A DNA stretch of 63,442 bases, filler included, from Stramenopiles sp. TOSAG23-6 (GCA_900128565.1; 24 parts of 24 records of this genome joined end to end with filler, not necessarily neighbours in it), one strand, 5' to 3'. Positions 29,319 to 41,095 are shown, numbered from the whole stretch's first letter. Numbers and translations: made by a program. The notes: generated by a model not told the origin, from the letters alone.

Positions 29319-31567
29319 CCTTCTAATGGGGATGAAGATGCACCAACAGATAAACCATTTTTATTGGTGGCTGGTGAACCAACAGAACCTGGGCCTTCTT
29401 GACCTTCATTTCCTGCAGCATAGAGAACAAGAAAATCTTGATTATCATACATAAATTGATCAATATCACGTGTATGTGTTTTGGAAAAATATTTCAAAAA
29501 AAATCGTTACGTATAAAATTTCGTACGAAAACCAAAAAAAAAAAAAAATTCGAAATTGAAAAAAAAAAAACATACATTAATATCGTATGAATTTTTTAAT
29601 GGAACTCCCCAAGAATTTGTATGTATGCGAGCACCAGAGTTATAAGCGGGTGGAAAAAATTGGTCGTATAATGGATTATGAAAAAATATTTCAAAATTTT
29701 CTATAAAAAAAAAATTGTTAGGTACAAAATTTTTATACAAAAAAAAAAAAAAATTTTGAAAAAAAATAAAACATACATGAACGAGGGGTGGTCAAACCTC
29801 CACCAGCAATACCAATATCAAAAAATGCAATCTGAGCATCATAAGCAATTCCTCTGTGTTGTAATGCATCACCAGTTGGATTTCCTGCAACGGATCCCGC
29901 GACATGTGTTGTGAAAAATATTTTTTTTAATTCGTTAGGTACAACATTTCGTATGAAAAAAAAATTCGATAAAAATTTGAAAAAAAAATAAAACGTACAT
30001 GCGTACCATGATCAGCTGCTTCACCTGCTATGTTATCTGCAAATGCAACATATTGTTTAATCTTACCACTACCTTCATACACACTATTAGGTGCAACTGT
30101 AATGGGATCACCTTCAGAAAAGAAACAACTTGCATAATCAAGTCCAGAGTCTCCCACTCCAACAATTTGTCCTTTACCAATATATTTTGGAAAAATATTT
30201 CAAAAAAAAATTTGAAAATTTGTTAGGTACAAAATTTACTATAAAAAAAAATTCGATTTTTTTGTTTAAAAAAAAAAAAAACATACATGCTTTTTGAGGA
30301 CATTCCCTCCAGTAACAAACCTGCTGTTTCAAGCATTGATTCAAGTCCACTTTCATCGTGTCCAATGTATTGTGAGAAATATTTTTTTTTTTTTTTTTTT
30401 TACAGACAATAAAAATTGTTAGGTATGAAATTTTCTAAGAAAAAAAAAACTTTTTTTTTTTTGTTTTTTTTGTTTCTTTAGGTATGAAATTGTATAGCAA
30501 AAAGAAAAAAAAACTTACATTACGTGTGGAACAGAAGGATGTACCACTCTGTACGTTCTACCAATTTTTGCATTTCTATTCGTCATAATTGTATTTTGGA
30601 AAAATATTTCAAAAAAAAATTTTGAAAATTTGTTAGGTATAAAATTTCGTATGAAAAAAAAATTCAATTTCAAATTTAAAAAAATAAAATAAAACATAAT
30701 TGAAGGACGTCCCGAGAGAGAACAAGATGGATCAAATAATCTTTGTGATTTGAATCTTTGGGTAGAGGATAGTTGAGGTCTCTGTGACATTCCTCTACGT
30801 TTTAACTTTGTATGCATGTATGTTGAGGAAATATGTGAAAAAAAAAACATTAGAAAAAAAATTAGAAAAAAAAATTTCAAAAAAAAAAAAATTTCAAAAA
30901 AAAAATGTTAAATAAATCATAATAAATAATGAAAACATTCATTCCAACAAGTAAATCAGCCATATTTAATCTTGGATTGGATTTAAGACATTCTATCAAA
31001 AATGTTGTCATTGCACCACCTGCTGCTTTATATCTTGGTTGCATATCTGAACTTGTTTGATGATCTTCACAACCTGAAATGACAATGACGTCACCTAAAA
31101 CATGTATTTTGAAAAAATATTTAAAAAAAAAATTGTTAGGTACAAAATTTCGTATGAAAAAAAAATTATTTTGGAAAAATGTAAAAAAAAATCTGAGTAG
31201 AGCGTACATGTAATGGATTATCGGATTCTTTCCATTGTTCAGTAACGACATTGTATACAAATGGAAGATCAAATATTGTAAATAAATATATCAAATTTGT
31301 TTTTTTTTAGATATTTGAAAAAAAAAAAAAAAAAAAATTTTTGAATTTTTTTTTTGAAATTGTAAAATTGTAAAATTGTAAAAAATGAATATAATATACA
31401 AGACAACTACCAGAATGACACGAATCAAACAGGACTGTTAATCGACAACCATCGGGTATACTACACGACATGATTGTTGACATGACATCATCGGCAAGCA
31501 TTCCATTTTTTTGATAATCCTCAGGAATTAGAGTTTCGTTCATTCCATCTGCTTCAAAACCATGAGG
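29319..31567 (-). CDS. Metacaspase C-terminal half in one spliced frame with a KP-43/TagC-like S8 subtilisin domain; both ends truncated
   Basis: FDSCHSGSCLDLP, ISGCEDHQTSSD, GGAMT, QRPQLSS; then GKGQIVGVGDSGLD, HGTHVAG, GARIHTNSWG, AAGNEG. Confidence 0.8.
29474..29575 (-). mobile_element. GT-AT introner-like intron
   Basis: Joins YDIN|TRDIDQF. Confidence 0.9.
29671..29776 (-). mobile_element. GT-AT introner-like intron
   Basis: GTATG...CATAATCCAT; restores the frame to GARIHTNSWG. Confidence 0.88.
29904..29998 (-). mobile_element. GT-AT introner-like intron
   Basis: Splits the catalytic motif HGTH|VAGS exactly. Confidence 0.95.
30180..30286 (-). mobile_element. GT-AT introner-like intron
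   Basis: GTATG...CAAAATATAT; links upstream frame to GKGQIVGV. Confidence 0.85.
30365..30518 (-). mobile_element. GT-AT introner-like intron with duplicated core
   Basis: AT|GTAAG...CACAATACAT; TACCTAA occurs twice. Confidence 0.82.
30589..30699 (-). mobile_element. Family intron, variant ends (TT...AA)
   Basis: AA|TTATGTTTT...ATACCTAAC...CAAAATACAA; 111 nt, in frame. Confidence 0.75.
30816..30940 (-). mobile_element. Family intron with GA donor
   Basis: AT|GAATGTTTT...CAACATACAT; joins LLVG-M-HTKL upstream of QRPQLSS. Confidence 0.78.
31102..31207 (-). mobile_element. GT-AT introner-like intron
   Basis: Joins NPLH|VLGDVIVISGC. Confidence 0.9.
31271..31399 (-). mobile_element. Family intron, GT...TT variant
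   Basis: Splits metacaspase CHSGSCL|DLP; flanked TT/TT. Confidence 0.88.
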
Positions 31568-31850
31568 ATATATTTTTGGAAAATATTTTTTTTTTTTTTT
31601 TTTTTTTTGTTTGGGAAAAAATTTTTTTTTAAAAAAAAAAACAAAAAAAAATTTTAAAAAAAAAAAACATTAGAAAAAAAATTAGAAAAAAAAATTTAAA
31701 AAAAAAAAAAATTTCAAAAAAAAAATGTTAAATAAATCATAATAAATAATNNNNNNNNNNNNNNNNNNNNNNNNNNNNNNNNNNNNNNNNNNNNTTAATT
31801 AATTAANNNNNNNNNNNNNNNNNNNNNNNNNNNNNNNNNNNNNNNNNNNN

Positions 31851-31943
31851 GTATGTTTTATATGAATTTCTAATTTATTTTTTTTTCATACGAAATTTCG
31901 TACNAANGATTTTTTTNANTACATTTTTTTTTTCACAAAACAT
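31851..31943 (+). mobile_element. GT-AT introner-like intron at contig start
   Basis: GTATGTTTT...CACAAAACAT. Confidence 0.8.
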
Positions 31944-34200
31944 TCATGTGGTCTCTCTATGTTAAAAAATCATGTGATTGAAAATATAGTTCAGTCTTTA
32001 CATGCTCAACCACCAAAGACAAATGCAGCTATTGAGACAGCAATCAAGGTGATGTTTAATCTTACTCTATGCGAGGGATGTATGTTTTTTTTTTTCAATT
32101 TCGAATTTTTTTTCGTACGAAATTTTATACCTAACGATTTTTTTTGTTTTTGAAATATTTTTCTAAAATACATACGTCCCACAAGACAATCGAACGGATG
32201 TTTCAGCATCGGATATTGTTGTCACTGAAGGAGGTGCTCATGCCATTATGGATGCTATTGTGGAAAATTCAGATAGTGTAACATTGTTACTTATGGGTCT
32301 TGACGTTTTGAATGCAATTTCAGAAGATCTCAGTGTCACAAAGAAACTTCTTAAATGTGGTATTGTCCCGCTTTTAGTTTCTACAATGCAGCAATTTGAT
32401 TATGATGATGAAATCATTTCATCTGGAACAGAACTGTTAGTTACACTAACTGCTTCCGAAGAGGCAGTTCACGAACTCTGTGAAAAAAATGGTTTGCAAG
32501 TATTACTCGCTGCATTAGATACGCATGATGAAACACCAACGATCCGAGATAATGGAACTGCTGCTCTACAAGCCATCTGCAGACACGAAAAGCACCGGGG
32601 TGCAGTACATAGTGAAGGCGGAATTGACACACTTATTCGTCTTTTGGCAATCTACCCCACAGAAACTTATGTATGTTTTATTTTTTTTTTTACAAAAAAA
32701 TCGAATTTGTTTTTTTATAGGAAATTTTATACCTAACCATTTTTTTTTTTAACGAAAAAAAAAAAAAAATATTTTTTCACAATGTATTTTGTACGAATGG
32801 GACTTGCTGCATTACGTCAACTAAGTCAAGGAACTTCCGAAGGCACATTTCTTTGTCAGTATGTTGCTGAAGAAGGAATGAGCACAATTGTTGAAATTTT
32901 ACGTACGAATTTCCAAAATACAGAAATTTTGGATGATGTGTTTCGGCTCATATCTTTGCTCTCTTTTCACAAAGAAAATGTGAATATGTTGGTACAGGCA
33001 AATGGAATTAGTTGGATAATGCAAGCAATTGGTACTCATGCGGCTTGTGAATCCTTAATGGTCCGATGTATCAAAACTTTAGATTTTATTGCTATAGCTT
33101 CAGTTGACTACGCAGCTATTGTGAATCTTCATGATGGTGTTGGAGTTATTTCAAGAATTGCGACGGCATATCCACATAGCCAAGAGATTCAAAAAGCTGC
33201 AAATAGCGCATTAATATTCTTGAATAATAAAGGGGATGGAGTGAAGCGAAAACGATTTGCTCGACCATCAGAAGATCCAAGTGAATATTTGGAAGAAGAA
33301 GAAAAAGGAGAAGTACGTAGTGAAAGTAGTACTCCACCACCGCCATGTATGTTTTATTTTTTTTNAANTTTTTNTTTTTTTTTTNCATACGAAATTTCAT
33401 ACCTAACGATTTTTATTGTTTTGCTACAATTCGTATTTTTTCACAATACATGTGATGATGATGGGAACCCTAACCCTCCTCCTGTGGTATCGTTTGAAGA
33501 TGCCCTTCCTGAGAGATTACGTAGAGTTTCATTATCCAATGGCAGAAAACAAACTCGGGGACATTCTTCAATCGCTGGAGGTGATGTTGCTCTTCAATGT
33601 CCTGTAAATATTGTAAATCACTTACAAGCACATCCACAAAAGTTCAATGTACGTTTTCAATTTCGAATTTCAATTTTTTTTTTCCATACGAAATTTTGTA
33701 CCTAACAATTTTTTTTTGATTTTTTTTTTTTTTCACAAAACATGGTGCAAGATTAGTGTCTGGGTTTTTAGATAAGAGATCACGAAAAAGTGGTCGAAAT
33801 TGGAAAAAACGTTGGTTTGAAATTCAGACAGATGGCACACTTGCATATTTTAAAAAGGATTCTGATAAGGAAGCTATATACGTGCTACCACTTGGACCAA
33901 ATTCTAAAGTCTCAATTTGTGTACGGTTACATTATGAATTTCGAATTAATTTATTTTTTTCATACGAAAATTTGTACCTAACAAATTGTATAAAACAAAC
34001 AAAATTTCACAATACATGAACCTGGAAAATTTGGAAAAAAACATAAATTTACTTTTGAGATCAATATAGATTCATCTACATCTAATCCTGATGATCCTCC
34101 TTTATACTGTTGTGCTGATGATGAAGATGAACAGGGCCGTTGGATATACGCTTTAGAACAGGTTATAAAAGTTAGACATAAAGACTATGCGTTTGACCCT
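31944..34200 (+). CDS. Armadillo-repeat protein with C-terminal PH domain, partial
   Basis: ARM-like GIVPLLV / GGIDTLIRLL repeats; PH motif SGFLDKRSRKSGRNWKKRWF...LAYFK...RWIYALE. Confidence 0.82.
32080..32173 (+). mobile_element. GT-AT introner-like intron
   Basis: Restores the frame (T|AC). Confidence 0.88.
32671..32787 (+). mobile_element. GT-AT introner-like intron
   Basis: GTATG...CACAATGTAT; joins TETY|FVRM. Confidence 0.85.
33347..33451 (+). mobile_element. GT-AT introner-like intron
   Basis: Full consensus, 105 nt. Confidence 0.88.
33649..33743 (+). mobile_element. GT-AT introner-like intron
   Basis: Joins KFN|GARLVSGFL. Confidence 0.88.
33921..34017 (+). mobile_element. GT-AT introner-like intron
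   Basis: Joins VSIC|EPGK within the PH domain. Confidence 0.88.
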
Positions 34201-34395
34201 GTACGTTTTCATTATGAATTTCAAATTTATTTTTTTTTTGGTTTCGTACGAAATTTTGTACCTAACATTTTTTTTTTTTTTGAGTTTTTATTTCGATACG
34301 TTTTCATTATGAATTTCAAATTTATTTTTTTTTTTTGGTTTCGTACGAAATTTTGTACCTAACAAATTTCGAATTTAATTTTTTTTACAATACAT
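34201..34395 (+). mobile_element. Family intron with a near-complete tandem self-duplication
   Basis: TACGTTTTCATTATGAATTTC...GTACCTAAC occurs twice; a single CAATACAT end. Confidence 0.75.
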
Positions 34396-34508
34396 NNNNN
34401 NNNNNNNNNNNNNNNNNNNNNNNNNNNNNNNNNNNNNNNTTAATTAATTAANNNNNNNNNNNNNNNNNNNNNNNNNNNNNNNNNNNNNNNNNNNNTTGAA
34501 AAAATTTC

Positions 34509-34636
34509 ATGTATTGTGAAAAAACAGGAATTGTACAAAAAAAAAAAAAAATTGTTAGGTACGAAATTTCGTATGAAAACCAAAAACCAAAAAAAAAAAA
34601 TTAAATTTGAAATTGAAATTGAAAATAAAAACATAC
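34509..34636 (-). mobile_element. GT-AT introner-like intron
   Basis: AA|GTATG...CACAATACAT. Confidence 0.82.
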
Positions 34637-35128
34637 TTGTGACAATTGTATTTTTTGATGAGCACTTTCAAAAGTCTTTGATAAAAATGTTTTTGATTCT
34701 TTTTTAGTGTTTTGCATGTCTTTGGCTGATTCCATGATTGTCTCTGGTTCTTCTTGTATGATACTGTTTTCTCTTCCTTCTGTTTTTTCGTTTTTTCCAT
34801 ATTCTTTGTTGACCTCGGATATTGGAGCCGTACCATTAGAATCAACAAACACAAATTTTTCAGTCGAAAGTCGTTCTTTTGATGTTTTCAATTCAACATT
34901 TAAAATATTGCAATTTTCCATATCATCAACACTATCGTTTTGCACACGCCAGTTGTTAGATTTATTCGTAATCTTTTGATGTTTGTTAGATAGATTTGCA
35001 GTTGGCGATAAAGGGGGAGAATGCTCAAGTTCGACAATTTCAGAGGATTCTTTCCCACCTTTAAAGATGTCACTAAAGTCCATCATCATTGTGCATTCAG
35101 TACCTTTGAATATTATCAGTAGATGCAA
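34637..35128 (-). CDS. Hypothetical protein, first exon
   Basis: ORF ending at a family donor. Confidence 0.5.
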
Positions 35129-35489
35129 TCACTAATAGATGTAAATATCACTTGTAGGAAAATGTAATCGTCTCAATCGCTTTTAACGTTTTCTCTTTCT
35201 TTGAAATTTATTGGATTATTCTCTCTTCCAAAAAAAAAAGATGACATATATATTTCATCATTTCAGTTTTTTTCTGAGTTTTTTTGATTGATTTGATTTA
35301 GGGTTAGGGTTGATTGGAAATCCCAGAGAGTGGTCGTGACATTGTGATTAATGACCTTCACGCGGACGGGTACCCGGGAACGCATTTTTTTTTGAATTTT
35401 TCTTTTGCAATAATTCTAAAAAAAATCCATTCTATCTTGCTTTTTTTTATCCCTCTCTCTCAAAGTATTTTGTTGTTTGCAAATTATCA

Positions 35490-36964
35490 ATGATGAATAG
35501 AAAAGATTCTCAAAATGAGGAAGCAGAGGAAACAAAAGTGTCTGTTATATATCAACTTCAGCCGAGTGGAAAAGAACTTCTCGCACAAGGTGTAGAGCAA
35601 AACTGTGACGCAGAGTGTTTTTCTACAGTTCGAGGAGAACCAAAGTTGAAGACTATTGATTTTTCAGGTTCAGAATTTCAACTTCGTACTTTAGATCATA
35701 TTGAATTTGTAGCTAGAAACTCAACATATAAAGCCAAATCTCGTGCTAAAGTTCGTGTGATTGACGTGAGTCATAATTTTCTTACAACATTAGTACAACT
35801 TTGCATTTACTCCCCCAAGGACGGACGAGATCATTGGGAAACAATGTTCCTCGGTGTGAAAAGTATAAACGCATCATTTAATAACATAAAATATATGTGT
35901 GATGGTTCACTAACACGTAGTACATGGCCTTTGCCTATGAGAAAACTACTAGTATTAAAATTGTCGTACAACAATTTGTGTGAAATGCCGGATTTGCTAG
36001 CCATGTTTGTTTTATTTTTTTCAATTTTTTTATCTAATTTTTTTTCGTACGTAATTTTGTACCTAACATTTTTTNTTTTTTNTTTTTTTNANATTTTTCC
36101 AAAATACATGCCAGTTTTACGTGTTTTACTTTTAGATCATAATAATATTTCAATTACTAGTGGGAAGTTTGCTACAAATATTCGAAATTTGAAAGATTCT
36201 TCTGTATCCTCTCATTTAGAAGAATTATCACTATCTAATAATAATTTAGAATGGACTCCAAATCAATTTGAAACGGATTATTCTTGTTTTAGTGTTTTAA
36301 CAAGTTTGAATGATTTAGATCTATCAAATAACCCATTTTGTGAATCTATCCGAATGTATTTTTTATTTTTTTTTAAATTTTGAATATTTTTTCGTACGAA
36401 ATTTTGTACCTAAGAAAAATATTTTTTTTTTTTTGAAATATTTTTCCAAAAAACATGTTTGATATTTATATATTAAGTACAATGCTTAAAAATAAGAATA
36501 TTTCAAAATTTAATGGCAATGTTATTAGTGACTCTATACGATTTCGTGCTTCGAGTATGTATGTTGTTGTTTTTTTCAATTTTGAATTTTGAATTTATTT
36601 TTTTCAAAAATTTTTGTACCTAACAAAATTTTGAAATTTTTTTTTGAATTTTTTTTCAAAATACAGTGGTCAATTTAATGCAAAAAATTTTTGTTCTTCA
36701 GGTAAATCTCAAACACATAATTTAACCGCAATAAAAGATTTATTCCCAAAAGGCCAAGCTTCTGAAGTTTCAACTATTTCTCAATTAACAAATATACTTG
36801 AAGAATGTTTATCAATACCAACTGAGGCCTCATTCCGAATGACTGAATTACAGTGGGCAACATTAGCAATATCCGAATCGGAAAAAGAGATACCTTTTTT
36901 ATTTGAAGATGAAAATTTGACAACTTTTTCAACTACGACAAATAATGATGAATTTGTTATACAT
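35490..36964 (+). CDS. Leucine-rich-repeat protein, partial
   Basis: LKLSYNNL, LLLDHNNI, LSLSNNNL, LDLSNNPF. Confidence 0.82.
36005..36109 (+). mobile_element. GT-AT introner-like intron
   Basis: AT|GTTTG...CAAAATACAT; joins LLA-M-PVLRVL. Confidence 0.88.
36356..36456 (+). mobile_element. GT-AT introner-like intron
   Basis: GTATT...CAAAAAACAT; restores the frame. Confidence 0.85.
36559..36666 (+). mobile_element. Family intron with canonical AG end
   Basis: AT|GTATG...GTACCTAAC...CAAAATACAG. Confidence 0.85.
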
Positions 36965-37452
36965 GTATGTTTTATTTTTTTTTCAAAAAAATTTTTCGTA
37001 CGAAATTTTGTACCTAACAAAATTTTTTTTTTTTTTTTTTNNNNNNNNNNNNNNNNNNNNNNNNNNNNNNNNNNNNNNNNNNNNTTAATTAATTAANNNN
37101 NNNNNNNNNNNNNNNNNNNNNNNNNNNNNNNNNNNNNNNNCTTCTTCAAATTCTGTAACTTGTAAAAGTGTTTCGCGTTCATTCAATCGCATCTCCTCCA
37201 TAACGTAATATATATATGAATGTTAGAGACACAAGTAATACAAAAGTAAAATCTACTCCTTCCAAGTTTAACTTCCAAAAAAATCAAAATAGAAAAAAAA
37301 TCGTGATCGATCTGGCTTGCGCTTTGATGTCATATTTTTCGATTTTGACCGTCGAACTTCGAAGTCGCTGGCCATTGGCCAATTTTGACAAGTCCTAAAG
37401 AAGAGCTTTAAAAGCTACGCGACCACACGACGATAAATCAAAAAACTTATTA

Positions 37453-39274
37453 ATGTTATTTCAATGTTTGCTCTATTTGACTGCAGTGGTCAGTATTACT
37501 GCACTCATGTCGGCTCCTGAAATGGCGCCTCGCACACTTGTTTTAATAGAGGAGGACAGTCTGCGCAATACGCACTCTGCATTTTTTGCGCAGTTAGAAT
37601 CTAGAGGTCACAGGTTGACTTTTGCCACGGCACAAGACCGTGGAGTACGGCTTCGTAAATTTGGTGAATTTATGTTTGATAATTTGGTGTTATTTGCACC
37701 TTCTATTGACGCTTTTGGTAGTATTGATGTACCTGCAGTGTTAGCTTTCATAGATGAAGGGCGTGGTAATATGCTGCTTGCCGCTAATTTCGATACATCA
37801 GACACTATCCGTGACCTTGTATCTGAGTGTGGCATTGAGTTAGATGAAGAAGGTAGTATTGCAATCGACCACCTCAATTATGACAAACTCGATCCACTTT
37901 TAGATCACACTTTGATTATGACAAATAACTTTATTGATTCTCCGTTACTCGTTGGAAAACTTGACAAAAGATCAGCTCCTGTCTTATACTCTGGTATTGG
38001 TATGGCTGTCTCTGATGATAACATACTTGCTTTCAAAGTGCTCACTGGTGAAGCATCGACATATTCAAACACTATTGATATGCCGGTGGTAGACTATCCA
38101 CAGAGTGCAGGATTGGATGTGTGTTTTATTTTTTTCAATTTCGTATTTATTTATTTTTTCGTACGAAATTCCGTACCTAACAAATTTTACAAAAAAAAAA
38201 TATTTTTCACAATACATACTCTTTTAGTAGCTGCGATACAAACACGAAATAATGCAAGAGTTGTCGTTTCAGGTTCTCTTGAACTTTTTTCTAATCGCTT
38301 TTTCGACGCTTCCTTAAATCCTGCGTCAAATTCGTCAGAGTTTGCAGGTAAAAAAACAAATAATGCTGATTTTGCGGATAATATCTCTCGCTGGAACTTT
38401 AGAGAACGTGTACGTTTCTCATCATGAATGTTTTACCCAATTTTTTTTTCATACGAAATTTTGTACTTAACGATTTTTTTTTACAATTTTTTTTTCAATA
38501 CATGGAGTTTTAAGAGCTAGTCGTGTTTTTCACTCTCTAATTGATGGGTCGCCTCCAGCTACCCAGCTATCTCATCCAAAGGAGGTTGAACTTCCACGTA
38601 CATTATTTCCTGAGCCTGAAATTGCTAGGGATAATAAAGTATATCGAGTGAAGGACAATGTGTTTTATTCTGTGTTTCTTGAGGAATATGTATGTTTTAT
38701 TTTGTTTTTTTACAAAAAATTCGATTTTTTTTTTATAAAAATTTTGTACCTAACAAATTTTTTTTTTTGGTAAATTTNGAAATATTTTTTCAAAATACAT
38801 GATCACGAAATAATCTCAGGTGATAAACGAGGAGGTTGGGTTCCTTTCAAGGCTGATGACGTTCAGTTAGAATTTGTCATGCTAGACCCTTATATCAGGA
38901 CTACTCTACAGCATGATGATAAAGGAACATTTTCCAAGACGTTCATGACTCCTGATGTTTATGTATGTTTTATTTTTTTTTTTTTTACAAAAAAATCGAA
39001 TGTTTTTTTTTATAAAAATTTTGTACCTAACAAATTTTTTAGAATTTTTTTTCAAATATTTTTCGAGATACATGGTGTATACAAGTTTAGAGTGATGTAT
39101 CGTCGTATTGGCTACACTACACTGCAATTTGAAACTCAAGTTGCTGTTAGACCATTCAGCAGTTTTGAATTTGAAAGATTCATTCTTTCTGCCGTTCCAT
39201 ATTATACATCAACATTTTCTATGATGAGTGGCTTATTTATTTTTTCTTTTCTATTCTTGTACAATAGAAGTTGA
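37453..39274 (+). CDS. DDOST: Oligosaccharyltransferase 48-kDa subunit (OST48/Wbp1), 5 exons, complete
   Basis: Signal peptide, THSAFF..L..RG, QTRNNARVVVSGS, DDVQLEFVMLDPY, PDVYGVYKF, ERFILSAVPYY, C-terminal TM helix. Confidence 0.96.
38119..38217 (+). mobile_element. GT-AT introner-like intron
   Basis: Joins YPQSAGLD|TLLVAAIQ. Confidence 0.93.
38410..38503 (+). mobile_element. GT-AT introner-like intron
   Basis: Joins WNFRER|GVLR. Confidence 0.92.
38690..38800 (+). mobile_element. GT-AT introner-like intron
   Basis: Joins LEEY|DHE. Confidence 0.9.
38963..39073 (+). mobile_element. GT-AT introner-like intron
   Basis: Joins PDVY|GVYKF. Confidence 0.95.
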
Positions 39275-39300
39275 GAGACTTTATTCCTCCTACGGGGTGG

Positions 39301-39379
39301 GTAAAATTTGTTAGGTACGGAATTTCGTACGAAAAAATAAATAAATTCGAAATTGAAAAAAATAAAACACACATCCAAT
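39301..39379 (-). repeat. Inverted copy of 38112-38190 (DDOST exon end plus 5' part of intron 1)
   Basis: Reverse complement matches with one mismatch. Confidence 0.85.
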
Positions 39380-39785
39380 GGGTAAAAAAATAATTTTGTA
39401 CACTTTTTTACTAGTAGTAGTCTATATTACAATGATGTCGACAATATACTTGTACGTAACTCTGGATTATGTACCATGTTTTTTGTATTTTTTAGTCTAT
39501 ATATAGATTATATAACGGATAAATAATGACGTCACCACGAAATATATATGCTAATCGTAATGATAATAATGATAATAATGACGTCACAGGCGGCATTCGG
39601 CTGTTTCGGCAAGAAATGGCCAAGAAATGTACTCTACCGGTAAGTCTATATTTGCACAGTACTAGCTACGAGTAGTAGCAAAAACNNNNNNNNNNNNNNN
39701 NNNNNNNNNNNNNNNNNNNNNNNNNNNNNTTAATTAATTAANNNNNNNNNNNNNNNNNNNNNNNNNNNNNNNNNNNNNNNNNNNN

Positions 39786-40434
39786 CTCAGAGTTTGATAA
39801 AGTCCACAAACACCTTTTAACCAATGGCCAATTTCATATGCATTTGTACGGAAAATCCCACCCGCTGTTTTTAAGTTAGATGCATGTATTGATATTTTCC
39901 TGTGATTATTTTTGTCATCTTTTTCGTCAAGTAATACTTTCCAACGATTCTGAGAACTTTTAACTGGTTCGACTGCAATACCAAATTTGCCATTTAAGGC
40001 AGAAGAAGTTTGTAGATTGTGAATTCGAACTTTTACATTCGGATAAATTGAAGTTGTTTCAACTGTAGGTTCGTCGTGATTTCAGAGAGTTCGTCTAATA
40101 AACTGCGTGCTTCAGGAGGGTAGTCATCAATGAAAGAGCGATACCCGATTCTTTCTTTTTTTTGTTTAGCGAATTCTAATATTCGTTTGAACAAATTATT
40201 ACATGCAGTGTTGTTTTTAACAAGGCTACCTTCAGGGTTAAAGATGTCTTTTGTAGAAACCTGAAGTATTGGCGATTCAAAAAATATTGGCTCAAATTTT
40301 CTAATGTTTCTTGTGGCAATAATTTTTGTATACCCTTCATCCTTTATAATCTTATAACATGGACACATGTCGAATTCACCGTGAAATCTGAGTTCCTTTT
40401 TTAATGCTATTGTAGTATCGTAAAGTACTTTCAA
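39786..40434 (-). CDS. SET-domain-like protein, partial, with an apparent frameshift near 40040-40080
   Basis: IIATRNIRKFEPIFFESPIL, then in another frame IFRTNAYEIG...GLYQTL. Confidence 0.5.
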
Positions 40435-41095
40435 CAGTTCATACGGTAGTTATTCATATAAGTATAGAATCTGATAACAAAAAAGTGATATCAATATTCG
40501 TTGTTCCAGTAGAAAATTCCTCATTTTAATGTTGGGCAGGTTTGTCACATTTTCGACCGCGTGTAAATTCAGTAATTTTTTTCACCTTTTTTTTTCCTTC
40601 AAGTTTCAACCTTGCTTCCCTTGGGCTTGCTTCATGAACACGACTTCATTTGACAACCAAGAAGGGATTTTAACAACTTCTTGACTCTTGTTAGTTTTTA
40701 CATGAAAACAAAAAGGATAGGTATTATTTGTCTCTATCTTTTTTGTTTTCTATGCCTTCTTTTACATCACTCGTAATTTATGTTAATATACCAGATATAT
40801 ACAATGCGCTATGTATGATAGATGCACTCGGCTTATTCAGTGTCGTTTGCACAGAAATATAACGCTATATTCAAGTCATTTTTCGTTTTACGGAGTGAAC
40901 ATACCACCGTGTCTCTTTGTAATTATGTTACCGTGCAATATTAAGCAAAAACATGTTTATGTGTTTCTCTTTTATTTATATTGTTACTTCTATGTCTTTC
41001 ATTTAAAGTGTTATTTCATGTTTATGTAATATACGTAACTCCTTACTCTTTCTTTTTTGTTTTCACTGTAGACCATTCATTGGCTACATTTATGT

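Noticed and set aside
31660-31750. Copy of intron sequence 30841-30930 at the contig end
   Set aside because: Low-complexity terminal duplication, probably misassembly through poly-A tracts.
29202-34395. Regularly interspaced repeats resembling a CRISPR array
   Set aside because: The repeats are long and variable, and the intervening segments are exons of eukaryotic genes.
38119-39073. U12-type AT-AC intron interpretation
   Set aside because: No RTATCCTT donor, the branch-like motif is far from the 3' end, and asymmetric junctions favour GT-AT.
38119-39073. Ciliate IES-like DNA elimination
   Set aside because: Sense orientation relative to host genes plus donor-like and branch-like motifs point to RNA splicing. 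Not formally excluded without reads.
39590-39685. GC-richer hairpin (GGCTGTTTC/GAAATGGCC) after two TGACGTCA motifs, superficially U2-like
   Set aside because: No U2 branch-pairing sequence at the expected position, and it lies at a contig end; too little evidence for an ncRNA call.
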